A stretch of DNA of 64,000 nucleotides, from contig NC_083232.1 in the NCBI RefSeq assembly GCF_032191835.1, forward strand, positions 34,596,001-34,660,000. Direction: 5' to 3'. Numbering within the stretch: the first letter of the stretch is position 1; each line of letters opens with the position of its first letter. This stretch comes from Heteronotia binoei (Eukaryota). A program made the position numbers and the translations under genes. Shown one piece after another: positions 12,723-25,190 of the stretch. The notes below the pieces were generated by a model, which did not search any database, was not told the DNA's origin, and worked only from the letters and a program-made list of their open reading frames with translations.

Positions 12723-15300
12723 ATCTTCATTATCTTGATTTTACACTTAGTACTGTTATCAGTTTTTATTAAAAGTCCTTGTGGTTTGATTCTAAAAGAT
12801 ATTGCATTATTGGACACTCAAAGGAAAATCACAAAAAGAAAGGATCAGATGAATGAAGGATCAGATGAATGCGCCTTTGCAAATGTCCCTAAGCAGGAAC
12901 AGTGGTAACATAACTAACATCATTACAATTTTTAAAACTTTCAATTACTCTCATGCAAAAGCCCCTTTGAAACTGATGCACGTTGTACAATAATTAAATA
13001 TGGAATTTATTTTAAAACGAATGCAAAAACACAGGGAAGGAAAAATTTAAATTAACTCCCAGCTAATTCAAGCACTTGCACCTCAAATGTTTTATATATA
13101 TATATATCCTGAATAAAGCACACATAAAGGTAGGAGGGTTTTTTTAATTAACCATGTGGGTGGCCCCCTAGGTTGATCTTTTGTGAAATCTGGCAGTGTG
13201 AGCCTTTTGTTAATTGTGCAGTGTGAGTATAGCGCCCTCTTTTGGTTTCTGCCCAGAGCTGCAATCTCAGATAGTTTTCTAGGGGTGTGCTGTGGGTGTT
13301 TTCCAGTGCAATCCTAAACAAAGCAAAACCCTACTAAACGCATCGACTTAGATGAAATTAGAAGGGTGTAACTCTGCCTAGGATTGCACAGTTGAGCATT
13401 AACCTTGTTTCATTGAGGAGCAAAAAGTGTAAAGGTTCTGGAGTGAATGTGCAGCTTTGACTGCAGTCTGGCATTTTTGCCCCTGGAGTCCACTGTGGAT
13501 GACATGTGAAATATGCACAGCTTTGTCATGTGGGCCCTTGCCTATTTATCTGAGCAAGCAGAAATTGCAAGAACTGGAGTGATTGTGACCTGTCCTGGGA
13601 TGAAGGAGAAAGGGGTATGAGTGACTGGATCACAGGGCAAAATGAGTCCAGAGGCAGGATGGAGCTTTCCCAGCTGTTTCTCCCCTCCCCAGCTGTGGAT
13701 CTCTCTGCTCCAGGAAGTCCTGGCGGGTACAGAGAGTCAAGGTGCTGGAGTGGATACAGCGACTGTAGGTGATTCTCTTGATATGAAACATAGCAGGTGA
13801 CTGTGGGTCAGTCATTCTCACAGCCTAATCTACATCACAGGTTTGTTGAGAGAATAAAATGAGGAAGGGAGAGCCACGTATGCTGCTCTAAGCTTCGCTG
13901 AGGGAAAGAACAATAGAAATGTACTAGGTGGCGTTCTTTGCCTGCCGATGGTCTGAGAGGGCCTTTTTATTTCACACAGCTTATTGGAGGTGGATCATTG
14001 TTTCCTCTGGTTTTATTCATTGCTGATTTATTGCCTTCTCGTTCTGCTCACTGTTATATCATCTCCTCTTTTGTTTACTAGTTTTTACTAACAATTGTTG
14101 AGCGATGGTTTCTCCCCTTCCCCACCCCATTGTTGGAATCTATATCCATATCAGATCCCAGTTATAAAACACCCAAATCACAGAGTGTCACAACAATCTC
14201 TAGTGAAAACTGTTGATATTGTCCAAGATGCTGCCTTGAGTGCTATTCAGTTATAATGGCATGCCCTTCACATCCCCGCCGGATTAAATGGAAACAGAAG
14301 CAGCTGTGGCATTTGCCCGTTTCATCCCTGGCTCTGAAACGGGGAGTTACAGATGCCGTCTCTGGCATGAACATCAAAGTGAGCAGAGAGGAAAAGGTTT
14401 TTTAAACATATTTTTTAGAACATTGTACAGTATAGTGAATGGAAAGTCGATTCTGCAGAGACTGTGAGTTTGCTAGTGCAAGCTATTGCTGTTGGGTTTT
14501 TAAAGGCATTTTAAAGCCTGCAACATGTACAGAGCAATACCCTTCTAAGCCTGTGTCTTTCAATGGACTTTGAGGGGTCTAATCCTTCTTAAGATGGCAC
14601 TGTTAGTCAGTTCATCGACTAGGTAAATCAACTGAAAACTTTTTGACTGGTGAATAAGGTGCCCTTGATGTATTCAGGCAGCAGATTAAAAAAAAAAAAA
14701 AATTCCGTGTTACAAGCATTTTTACCAAATAAAATGCAAAAATGCCACACCAACTTCAAAGAGGCCTCCCCCTTTCCCTGACACAAAGGAGGAACTGTCT
14801 TGTAAGATGAGGACCTCTAGGACATATTTTGTGTCTGCATAGACAACAAATGCTTGGGTATTTCCCCCCAGATCTTCCACTTCTCTGTTCTTTCACTATT
14901 CATATGCATGCAGATTCAAGAGATGGCTGCTAGCAAGGGAGACAATTTTTACCCTTGTCTGATAACGAGTCCTGAGAGTGCTCCAAAGGCAGGCTACTGC
15001 TGAGATGGGGGGGAGGCGGCATGCATTAAGAGTAGCACTGACTGGATCCTAGCCTGCTCCCTCATGCTCAATATTGGTCATTCATATTTTTTAAATCCCA
15101 GCCTGGCTCTCAGAGCAGACGAAGGTGGTTCCCTCTCCGTTTATCCTCACAACAATCCCATGAGGAAGGTTTAGTCCAAAAGCCTGTGAGCTTCATATGA
15201 AGGATTGGACCAGGTTTCTCTCCCTCCCCCCACTCCAGATACAATATTCCCCCCACTGCAGTGCATCACCTCTCATTTACAGTTCAGTGGGGTGCAGGGG

Positions 15301-15590
15301 TAAGAATCATAGAGTTGGAAGGGACCTCCAGGGCCATCTACTCCAACCCCCTGCACAATGCAGGAAGCTCACAAATATCTCCCCCTAAATTCACATGATC
15401 TTCATTGCTGTTAGATGGCCATCTAGCCTCTGTTTAAAAACCTCCAAGGAAGGAGAGCCCACCACCTCCCGAGGAAGCCTGTTCCACTGAGGAACCACTC
15501 TAACAGTCAGGAAGTTCTTCCTAACGTTGAGCCGGAAACTCTTTTGATTTAATATAAACCCATTGGTTCTGGTCCTACCTTCTGGAGTGG
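15301..15590 (-). mobile_element. CR1 LINE 3' fragment
   Basis: Encodes the CR1 ORF2 C-terminus ([53 protein letters not shown]) and has the ctatgattct tail. Confidence 0.9.
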
Positions 15591-15854
15591 TTGGGAGGGT
15601 CCAGGGGGGTGGGGACATGGGTGGGGGCAGCATTAAGTGCTGGCATGGACATCACTTCTGGGGGAACCCTTGCCTGGGAAACCCAGAAGTGATATCATGC
15701 CTCCCAAAGAATTGCTGGAAACTCTCAAACTAGCAATTTCTTGAGCAGTGTCTCTTCTGGGTTTCCCCAGAAACCTGTTGCTGGTGGCTAATTTAGTTTT
15801 CTTTCACTGGCTGCAGTGGTTGTGACAGAGAACAGAGGAAGGGACTCAGGAAGC

Positions 15855-15975
15855 CCTAGTGGATTGACTAAGATCTGGGAGACCCGGATTTGAATCTCTA
15901 CTTGTCATGGAAGCTCCTGGGAGCCCTTGGACCAGTGACACGTTCTCAGCCTAGCCTTCCTCACAGGGCTGTTGT
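15855..15975 (+). mobile_element. Degenerate tRNA-derived SINE (Squam3/MIR-like)
   Basis: tagtggattgactaagatctggggagacccggatttgaatc head and ctcagcctagcc...tcacagggctgttgtg core. Confidence 0.6.
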
Positions 15976-18384
15976 GAATGGAACACAGGAGGTCCCCCTG
16001 TCATTTTGAAGCTTTCTGCTATTTGGGGAAGTGAGAAGGGCACCTGGTGACTTTACTTTTAAGCCAGTTGAGCCTCAACCACTTTGCTGAGATGGTATCA
16101 GGTTAAATCCATGTACTTTGCCAAACCAGAGCGTGTTTATACGAGAAAGCATTGGCATTGGCTGTGTCTACAGGCACAGAGAGGGATATTTCTTTACCTT
16201 GACAGGGAGCTGGAACAGACATTCTCCATGTGCTGCAGCTCCCCTTGTTAATAACTCCTGCCATAAGTAAATATGCCTGACCTTTTTTGACAGTAGCTAA
16301 TAACACTGGGGGAACATCAACAGTGTTATAATTACCCTCCAAAAATATGGCCATGTGTAGGTGACCTCGCTTTAAGTCAAGGCTAGATTGAAAGCAGCAA
16401 CCTAGAAAGGAAGGGCTGGGCAGCTTTTAACCAATCCCCTCGGCAATACATTCTCCCTGTCAGGATGTTATAATCCAAACAAACTCCTGGAAGGTTTCAG
16501 GGTTTGGGAGACTGCAGGCGAGGTAATCATCAACCCCTAGAGATGGCTCTGGACCATTCACACATTACATTCACTGATGCCAATGAGAATGTGCTTCATC
16601 CTCATTTCTCTTTCCCCTCTCAGCTGAGATTTTTGAAAGGAGCCTCCAGCCAACTGGCTTTTAATTATTGTTGTCAGCGACTTCTTTTCTCGGGAGTCCA
16701 TCCTTTGCCCAGATCCTTCGGTGACAGCCTGTGCGGTGAGTGAAAGACACTCCAGTCTCCAAGGGAACTGCCAAAGCTGTGAAAGCTACTTCTGCCACAT
16801 CGGGGACTCTCTTTTGCTATTACTGTTTTCACAACCTCCGGCTTGATCTGCGCCTTGGGTGACAGCTGCTTGTTTAATTGGTTGTTGCTGACATTCCTTC
16901 AGGGATATCACAAATGAAGAGGCTGAGCCCAGAGACAGAATATTGTATGTCCTCCTTCAATGCTTTGGTATGGGCCTGACAGTTGCCTTCCTTATTCCTT
17001 CTGGTCCCAGGCGAATGAATTTCCCTCACGCAGCGCTTGGGGGTGGGAAAGCAGCAGAATTGTATAAATCGTACCGCAGCTCATAAAAAATGGTGTGATC
17101 ACACAGGCCAAAGATCCAGGATTCAAACAGCGATCTAGGTGTGTGGGTGGTGTTGGTGGCTGGGGTGGGGAAGAGAAGGTTTCCTGAGGCAGACGAAGCA
17201 AACAGGCCCGCCTTTTCATTATGATTCCAATATACACGTTATCATAAAAGCTTGGCAGTTCTAATGACAAAGTGATGCCACAGCATAAAGCATTTTAAGA
17301 AGTAATAAACCTCTCCTGAATACTGGGGTGAAGCGTATTAGGATTCAATCCCTGAATTCATTAGTAAAATCAAATAGCGTGTGGTGGGAATATATATTCA
17401 GAGATCTATTCAATGTAACTTGATTTTCCACTGACAGGAATAACTGCTGGCGAGCAGCTTTCTCCTTCTGTAGCTCTCCAACCATCGTGCAGCCCACTCT
17501 GCCCTTTGTGTTTCTAACCCTGTAGATTTGCATATCATTTTAGATTTGCATATTTTAATTTTCAGGCTTGCTTGTATTTCACAGTTGACAGGTCTGTGTT
17601 GCTTCCCCACCACACACACACACACACACACACCCCAGATACAGTAGTTAACAAAAGGCAGAGCGCAGTCAAAATCCAGAAATCAAACACGGTTTATTTA
17701 TCGGCATTAGCAGAGCAGTGGCTCTGATGCTGGTGCCAGGTAGGTTACCAAGGCGGAGGGCTAGTGCGTCGTCACTTTCTCCTTCAGCCTGGAGGCAGTC
17801 AGTCATGGCAAATGGGTCATGTGAGGGCTTTACACAGAATGGTTGAGTGTTCCTCTGCAAGCTTTCCCAGATATATTATGGGGCATTCGACTGGGCCGTG
17901 GTGGAATTCTTGCATGATGGATTCATCATGTGCAAACTACAATCCAGGGTTAAAAACACAAAGCAGATGGGCTTTTTCACCTTCCTTTTTGCCACTTCTA
18001 CAGCACGCTTGACACCTGAGCCGTCATCTTTTTTTAAGTTAAAAAAATTTGCTTGGCTCACTAAACAATAACTTTCAATTAGTGACTGACAGTGGCCCAG
18101 ATACTATCTTAAGCTCAGAGCTGCTAACTGGCCTGAAAACAAATGTGCTAGTTCTTTAATAGAGGTTTAAGGGGACATGAATTACCAGGTGATATTATTT
18201 ACCTTCATGCCATTGAAAGTTTCAGCTTCCCATTTCTGCAGAAGAAGGGACAGGACATTTTTCTCTAGGCCTGTTGACCAGCCTACTGAGGCTGCAGAAA
18301 GTTTCTCCACCTATGGCAACTTCTTCCAGTGTAAGGGGGTCTTCTGTTGGAGGAAGAGCCACCTCAGCTGGAGGAAAACTCCTT

Positions 18385-18671
18385 GGTCGTTTTCGCACTC
18401 ACCTTCCGCCGGCGCGACCCCCCTCTTCACCGCGCAGGATCTGCGCGGATTTCGCACTAAACGCTGTGGAGCAGCCAGAAAAGCCGGAAGCTCCTGGCGC
18501 AAAAGCCGCTCAAACTGAAACCGCCAAAAAGCAGTTTGGCGTTTGCGCGGCTTTTGCGACGGGAGCTTCCGGCTTTTCTGGCTGCTCCGCAGCGTTTAGT
18601 GCGAAATCCGCACAGATCCTGCGCGGTGAAGAGGGGGGTCGCGCTGGCGGAAGGTGAGTGCGAAAACGACC
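18385..18671. mobile_element. 287-bp CpG-rich fold-back palindrome, probable MITE
   Basis: The arms pair almost end to end (ggtcgttttcgcactcaccttccgcc / ggcggaaggtgagtgcgaaaacgacc). 3-bp direct repeat ctt at 18382-18384 and 18672-18674. Confidence 0.8.
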
Positions 18672-20860
18672 CTTGGGATGAAGGAAAGTTTCAGACTGTG
18701 TTTAGTGGAGTGGCGGGATACAGGTCAGTAGGTGCTCTGTAGGGCTCTCAAGGTCTTCTGGGCAATGGTATAGGACTCAATGATCCAACATAGAGTGCCA
18801 CTGTCAGGGAATGCCAAGCAGCATGCCACCATTCTTATTCTGTGTGATGTTCAAGATTCTGGGGAAACATCTCTAGGAAGAGCACAGAACCAACTGTGAG
18901 CATCACAATAACTTTCAAGACCTCTTTGACGGAATTACCTATCTATGATCTTGGGTCCCACTGGGATTCTTACAAGATATACAGCAAATTGCAAGCTAGA
19001 TTGTTTGTTTCAAATCAGCAGGACACACACCTAGTCCTATCCTCAATGATCTTCTGAACTTCCTTGATGCCCCAAACTCTTGTCTTATTCAAGGATGTAT
19101 TCTAGAAACAAAACCAGGAGATTCAGTTTGTCACACAGTTTATACGCAGTAATGATTCATGAAATGAGGCAGCTGTTGCGTATTTCTAATATACGCTTAT
19201 ATGAGCTTTATAACATTTCATGGTAGGATTGCCATCTTCCAGGTGGCATCTGTTGTATATTGAACTCTATCTTGTCAGAATTTGAGTCTTCAGCTAGGCT
19301 CCTAAGAACTCTAAGCTTTGCCCAATCAGGAAAGAGGCTGTTTCAGAGGCAACAGTCCTGATTGGGCCTTAAATGAACATTCAGATTGGCTGACTTTTGG
19401 AACACTTGTAACACTGCATATAGTTATTAAAAGATGATTGGCTGGAGGCAATGTCAGGAGTATATATAAGTGGGGATATTGTTGTACTGTTCTGTGTGTG
19501 TTTTGAGAGCTGAATAAATCACTTTCTGTTTTCAAAAGAGAAATGTGCTGGCCTCAGTTTATAATAGCATCTGTAGTTCTCTCAGAATGATGACTGATCT
19601 CCAGACTGTAGAGATCAATTCCACTGGAGAAAATGGCAGCTTTGTAATGTGGCATTACATCCCTGCCTGAACTCCCTCCCCTTCCCAAATTCTGTCCTCT
19701 CCAGACTCTGCCCCCAAATCTCGAGGAATTTCCCTGCCCAGTGGTGGTAACCCTATTTCATGGCTTGCCCCAAAGAATCCTGGGAATTGTAGTTTAAGGG
19801 TTTGACACTTCAAGAGAGTCCTAAATCTTAACCCTTTTAAACCTGTCACTGAGTGGCATTTCCCAACGATCCCTGGAAAAAGGAATAGCTGTTGAACCAG
19901 TTCAAGTCTGTAGTGAAAGTATCCCCCAGCTACCAGTTCTTCCAGCTCTTTGCTGTAAATGATAGGAGATCAAGAGAGATAAAATAGTTCATAACAGTAA
20001 ACAGTGAGTCAGCCCAATTTAGAAACCCATCATCCCTGCCTTTAAAAAATGTGCCATGCCAAATATCAGCTTTGACCCAGCGATGATAATGGCAACGGTC
20101 CTGTATTATAGATGGAACAATGCCCCACAGTCCCCATTCTGCAAAGCCATACTGTAACATGATTCAGGGTCCTCCATCCTGCTTCTTTTCTGCAATGGCT
20201 GGGAAAAACACACGGCTTATCGCTTCCCCTGCTCTGCCACACTGTGAAACCAGACACCCACAGAAGGGGCCCCAGGACAAAGAAAGGAAAGATTAATAAG
20301 AATATCGCTCCACTTTCAGAGGGTAGTCATGGGTTACCTTTCCTTCAGCTCGCGTTACCTTTGAGCTTTCAGAAAGACCCCGACTTCAGCAATAGTAGCC
20401 CAGCTTGTATACGAATAAAAGTGAAGCTTTGAAAAGCCCTTGGGAAAAGTTTGCGTTTGCTGCTCTTTTCCTCACAAAAGGCATAAAAATGAAGTGCAAC
20501 CAGGATCTATTACAAACCTATCTGAGCCTGTTCTTCTTAGACTTATGATCTTAGCAATGCTGAGACTTTTAAAAATACATCCCAATAACCAGAGACAGAG
20601 AAATTGTCACATGGGGTCTAGAACACATGAATGGAAGATAGTTTCAGAGAGTAGCCATTTTGGTCTGCACAGATCTGACAAAGGGAGTTTTGACTCTCAA
20701 AAGCTTATGCCTCAGAAATCTTGTTTGCCTCAAAGGTGCTACTGGACTTGGATCTAGATCACACATGGAATAATATCCTATGCACACAGTGGCACTCATA
20801 GCAAGGCACCTATTTTCATTCACACTTTATAAACTCATGAACAAAACTGTTCGTTATAAA

Positions 20861-21040
20861 ATCATAGAGTTGGAAGGGACCTCCAGGGTCATCTAGTCCA
20901 ACCCCCCCTGCACAATGCAGGAAACTCAAAAACACCTCCCCTAAATTCACAGGATCCTCATTACTGTCAGATGGCCATCTAGCCTCTGTTTAAAAACCTC
21001 CAAGGAAGGAGAGCCCACCACCTCCTGAGGAAGCCTATTC
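20861..21040 (-). mobile_element. CR1 LINE 3' fragment (same subfamily as 15301-15590)
   Basis: Nearly identical to 15301-15480. Confidence 0.9.
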
Positions 21041-21577
21041 CTTCTTATGACTTCTGCCCTTCTCTGTTTCTGCACAGAAGATTCACGAAGCCCCTGTCTA
21101 CTATACGAGGGGGTACAAAATGCGAGGCTTGGACACTGTAACTGAGGCTTAATTTAAACATCACATGAGGAGGATGCTAAACATTTGCCTGAGGCATTCT
21201 ATGCCCTGACTGTGTTTAAACTGAGCTCCTAGCCAAGATGCTGACTGCCTGGGCTACAGATCCCTGGCATGTGCTAAAGTCACCACAGAGGAAAGCTGAC
21301 TCAGTTCAAACAAGGTGCTAAGCACATGGAATGCTGCACGGATGTTCTGCATGTGGCAATGTGTCACATTTAGCCTAGTTCATATTGCAGATATGCTATC
21401 ATTCTCCCTAGAGCTCAATATTTCCTGCTGTCTGAACAGGGGAGATTTTTCTCCCATCCTCTCCTTAAATGTAGCTGTGACTCCTGTGTAGTTAGATGGG
21501 GAGGAAACAGAGGTGTGCACAAATTCTTATTTGTTTTTACTTTCCGGTCATTTTGGTCATTTAAAATGTATTAATTT

Positions 21578-21810
21578 GAGCCCTGACCTGGATAGTCCAG
21601 GCAAGCCCAATCTCATCAGATCTCAGAAGTGAAGCAGGGCTAACTCTGACAAGTACTCAGATGGGAGACCTCTTTGAAATACCAGGAGTCGGGAGGCAGG
21701 GACAGGCTTTATTAAGCCACATCTCTGAATATCCTCCAGAGTCCAGGCCATCAGTTGGGAACAGTCACCAGAGGTTGCCATAACTTCCAGGTGTACACAC
21801 ACACTCACAA
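21578..21810 (+). mobile_element. 5S rRNA-derived SINE
   Basis: The head resembles 5S rRNA (atctcatcagatctcagaag..aagcagggc...agtactcagatgggagacc) and is followed by a non-5S tail. A reverse copy lies at 43040-43255. Confidence 0.7.
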
Positions 21811-22991
21811 GCGCACACACACACAATAAAATGTATTACTTTGTTATTAGGTATGGTTCTTTTCTTTTGTTATTCAATTAACTGTGACTTTGTTCATTGT
21901 TGTTTTTTTGTCCCCCCCCCCCTTTCTACATTATTTGGAGGAAATTTTTGAGGACCACATCCCTCATCCAAGAGACCTTTCCTGCCAAATTCCAGGCAGA
22001 CAGAAGGGCAGGGAGAGGGACTTGGTACACTCAAGAAAATGAGATACCAGGCAGAGTGGATGCAGATGCTTCCATTGTTCAGATTGTGGGTGTGAGTCAC
22101 TTGCTGGACAGTGCTTGGTGGAAATAACTTTAAATGTGTGCGTGCTTGCACATACACATGCACACTACCATGTGTGACACACATACACAGACCACATGAG
22201 AGAACTTTTTTATTTTCTTAGTGCATAGTGGAAGGGGGGAGAATCACTGTAATACCCAGCAATACCGAATGCAGACAGATCATACCAAGGGGATAAGTAG
22301 AATGGAGAAAACCTTGTGTGTGTGTGTTCAGTGCTGACAAGTCGCTTCTGACTTTCGGCAACCCTATGAATTAATGTCCTCCAAATGAGAATGAGGTTGT
22401 AAGCTGCTTTGGATTCCCACTGAGGACAAAAGTGAGCTATAAGAATTTAAATAAGTAAACCCCCCAATACAGGTTGTTCCTGAGGTTACAGATCTGAGGT
22501 CTCTGTAACTACTTGGTTCGCTTTTTCACATTTTACTGACTCCAGCATCAGAAATACTCCACACCTGTGTAAAGAAACTGAAGGAAAGTAGTTCAGACAA
22601 AAGCGACATCTAAAATATTTACTCTGGGTCAGAATTTAAAAGTTTATCTTTTAAAAATAGTGTTGGTCAATACATAGATTCTAGGAAATACAAGAGTTTC
22701 TTCAGAGTTAATAGATGACTTGATACAGCTGTGGGCTGCTAATGGTTTGGCTCATGTAAACCAGACTGCCTTTTCTCAAAACAGGCTGTTTACCCATAGG
22801 AATTGTAAATCTGGATTTACCAGCATTTATGTTTATTCTTTACATACTCAGAGGGGGTGGAAAAGTTGGGAAGCTGCCATTTTAGTTCTGCTGGTCCTAG
22901 ACATATGACTACATTATGCAAAGAGGGGCTGCATTATGCAAAGATGCAGCTGGCTGGCAAACTCTGAAATCCCCTTGCTTACTATAAATTT

Positions 22992-23150
22992 GGCTCTGAC
23001 CTGGCCCAGGCTAGTCCAGTCTCATCAGAAGTTGAGTAGGGTCAACTCTGGTTAGTATTTGAATGGGAGATCACCAGGGCATTCCAGGTATGCAACACAG
23101 AAGCAGACAATGACAAACCACCTCTGAGTCTCTTGCCTTGAAAATGTTAC
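22992..23150 (+). mobile_element. 5S rRNA-derived SINE with Sauria/RTE-like tail
   Basis: 5S-like ggttagtatttgaatgggagatcacc followed by gacaatgacaaaccacctctg...ttgccttgaaaa. Confidence 0.65.
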
Positions 23151-23151
23151 A

Positions 23152-23805
23152 CAGGGGTGTCAATCATGCAGCCCAAGGGCAGGATAAGGCTTCTGGAGGG
23201 CTCCTATCAGGCCCGTGAACAACTTACTGTCATCCACTTCCTTTTCCCTCTCTTGCTTCCTTCTGCATCACAGCTTGCTTTGCCAGGCTTGCTCAATTGC
23301 ATAGGAGCTACAGAGCAAAGTCTCTATTTTCTCCATTGACTGACCAGCGCGTGAAGCAACTTAAATACAAAAGCTCACAATGCCCAGTCATTTCATGTTT
23401 TCTGCTGGGTCTTAGGCTCAAAGCATGGACCATGAGATTTCTTTAATGAATGTCAATAAATGAAAAGTAAGTTTGCAACTTACAGACACACAACTGAACA
23501 ACACCTGAACAGCATACTCAAGATTGCTACAACATAGGCATTGTCTCCAGATTTTGATGCAATAATTCAGAGCAAGAGATGTCAGTTATCAGACTCTATT
23601 AAATAAACAAAATATCGCAAGAGTGCTAATCTTTTAAGCATATTTTATTTTAAGTTTTTAAAAAATCTTTAATTGTGTTTGTCTGTGTTCTTTATAAAGT
23701 TTATATCTCCACAGACATTACATTTTATGACACACATGGCCTGGCCTGACAAGGTCTCATGTATGTCAGATACAGCACTCATAACAAATGAGTTCGACGC
23801 CCCTG
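23152..23805. mobile_element. hAT-type non-autonomous element
   Basis: TIRs caggggtgtcaa / tcgacgcccctg. Flanks share gttaca (imperfect TSD). Confidence 0.6.
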
Positions 23806-24089
23806 AGTTACAGGGTCACCATAAATGGGCTGCGACTTGATAGCAGTACACACACGCATACTATCAACTTGCAAATGCCACTTAATTACATGGCAGCCAG
23901 CTTCTTTTCAGCAAGACTTTGAAATGTATAAATCTTCTCAAACAGACATTAATTGTGGATGCCTTCTCCAGAAATCATTGCAGGTTGAAAGAGCCCTTGT
24001 GCATGTTGTATGTTCTGGTGACCTTGCATTAGAAGGATCTGGTGTCAAGTGTTCAGTCTCTATAAACCTCTTCTGGGTCCCATCCACAC

Positions 24090-24800
24090 TCCATGTTAGG
24101 GATTATAAGAAGGGGAATTGGAAATAAAATGGCCGATATTATAATGCCCCTGCATGGATCTATGGTGCAGCCTCATTTGGACTACTGTGTACAGTTCCAG
24201 CCACTATATCTCAAAAAAGACACTGCAGAGCTGGAAAAAGTACAAAGGAGGGTGACCAAGATGATAAGGGTTTTTTGAGCACCTTCCCTTTGAGGAAAGG
24301 CGGAAGAGTCCCTGACTTTTTAGTTTAGAAAAGAGACAACTAAGGGCAGACATGACAGAGGTTTATAAAATTATGTATGGGGTAGAGAGAGCTGACGAAG
24401 AGAACATTTTCTTCCTCTCACAAAATACTAAAACTTGAGGATATCCAATGAAGTTGATGGGCAGTAGATTCAGGACAGACAAAAGGAAACATTCCTTTAC
24501 ACAAAGAGTGATTAAAATGTGGAATTTGCTGTTAGAGGATGTAGTGATGGCCCCAGGAATACACAGCTTTTAGAGGGATCTAGATAGGTTCATGGAGGAT
24601 AGGTTTATCAGTGGCTATTAGCTATTGTGGCTGAGGGGAACCTCGACATTCAGATGGACTAAACCTCTGAATCCCAGAACCAAGAGGCAACATAAGGGGA
24701 AGGCCTTGGCCTCTTTGCCCTCTTGTTGCCCTCTCAGAGGAACTGGTTGTGAGACAGGATGATGGACTAGATGGATCGTTGGTTTCATCCATTAGGGCTC
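24090..24800 (+). mobile_element. CR1 LINE 3' fragment, degenerate ORF2 end plus 3' UTR
   Basis: MLGIIRRGIGNKMADIIMPLHGSMVQPHLDYCVQF..LKKDTAELEKVQRRVTKMIR is a typical CR1 ORF2 segment. Homologous to 51905-52495. Confidence 0.9.
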
Positions 24801-24989
24801 TTCTTATGCCCTTATTTAAGTACATTTTTATCCCGTTCTTCCTTCAAGGTTCTCAGGTTCTGCTTCAGCCCCTTCAAGTACTATCCCACACCGAATCTTC
24901 CAGGAGTAGACTGAATTTGGGCTTATATTTTGTGATCACTTCAGGCAGATTCTTGCCAGGGTACTAGGAAAAACCATGGTTGATTTATT

Positions 24990-25190
24990 CATGTATTTAC
25001 TTCATTGACACCACATTTCCCCCCCCAATGGGGGTGCAAAGTGACTTATGTTACCCCTCCTCCATTTTATCCTCACAGCCCTGTAATGTACGTTAGGCTG
25101 AGAATGTGTGACTGGCCGAAGGTCATCCAGCAAACTTCCATGACAGAGTGGATTCAAATCTGTATCTCCCAGATCCTAGCCGATGAAAAA
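24990..25190 (-). mobile_element. tRNA-derived SINE (Squam3-like)
   Basis: Reverse complement of the SINE core cacagccctgt..gttaggctgagaatgtgtgactggcc. Confidence 0.65.

Noticed and set aside
16103-16354. Protein-like 83-aa minus-strand ORF
   Set aside because: It lies beyond the stop of the candidate spliced ORF, has no good acceptor, and I recognise no homolog.
17834-17936. FAHDESIM.. as a piggyBac catalytic motif (xxDESM)
   Set aside because: The following residues do not fit the piggyBac pattern, no other transposase motifs are nearby, and there are no TTAA-flanked TIRs.
18177-18742. Mirror-image ORFs on both strands
   Set aside because: Artefacts of the 287-bp palindrome.
21578-21700. 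5S rRNA gene (also 23000, 43150, 56200)
   Set aside because: Partial, diverged, and fused to SINE tails, so these are SINE heads and not rRNA genes.
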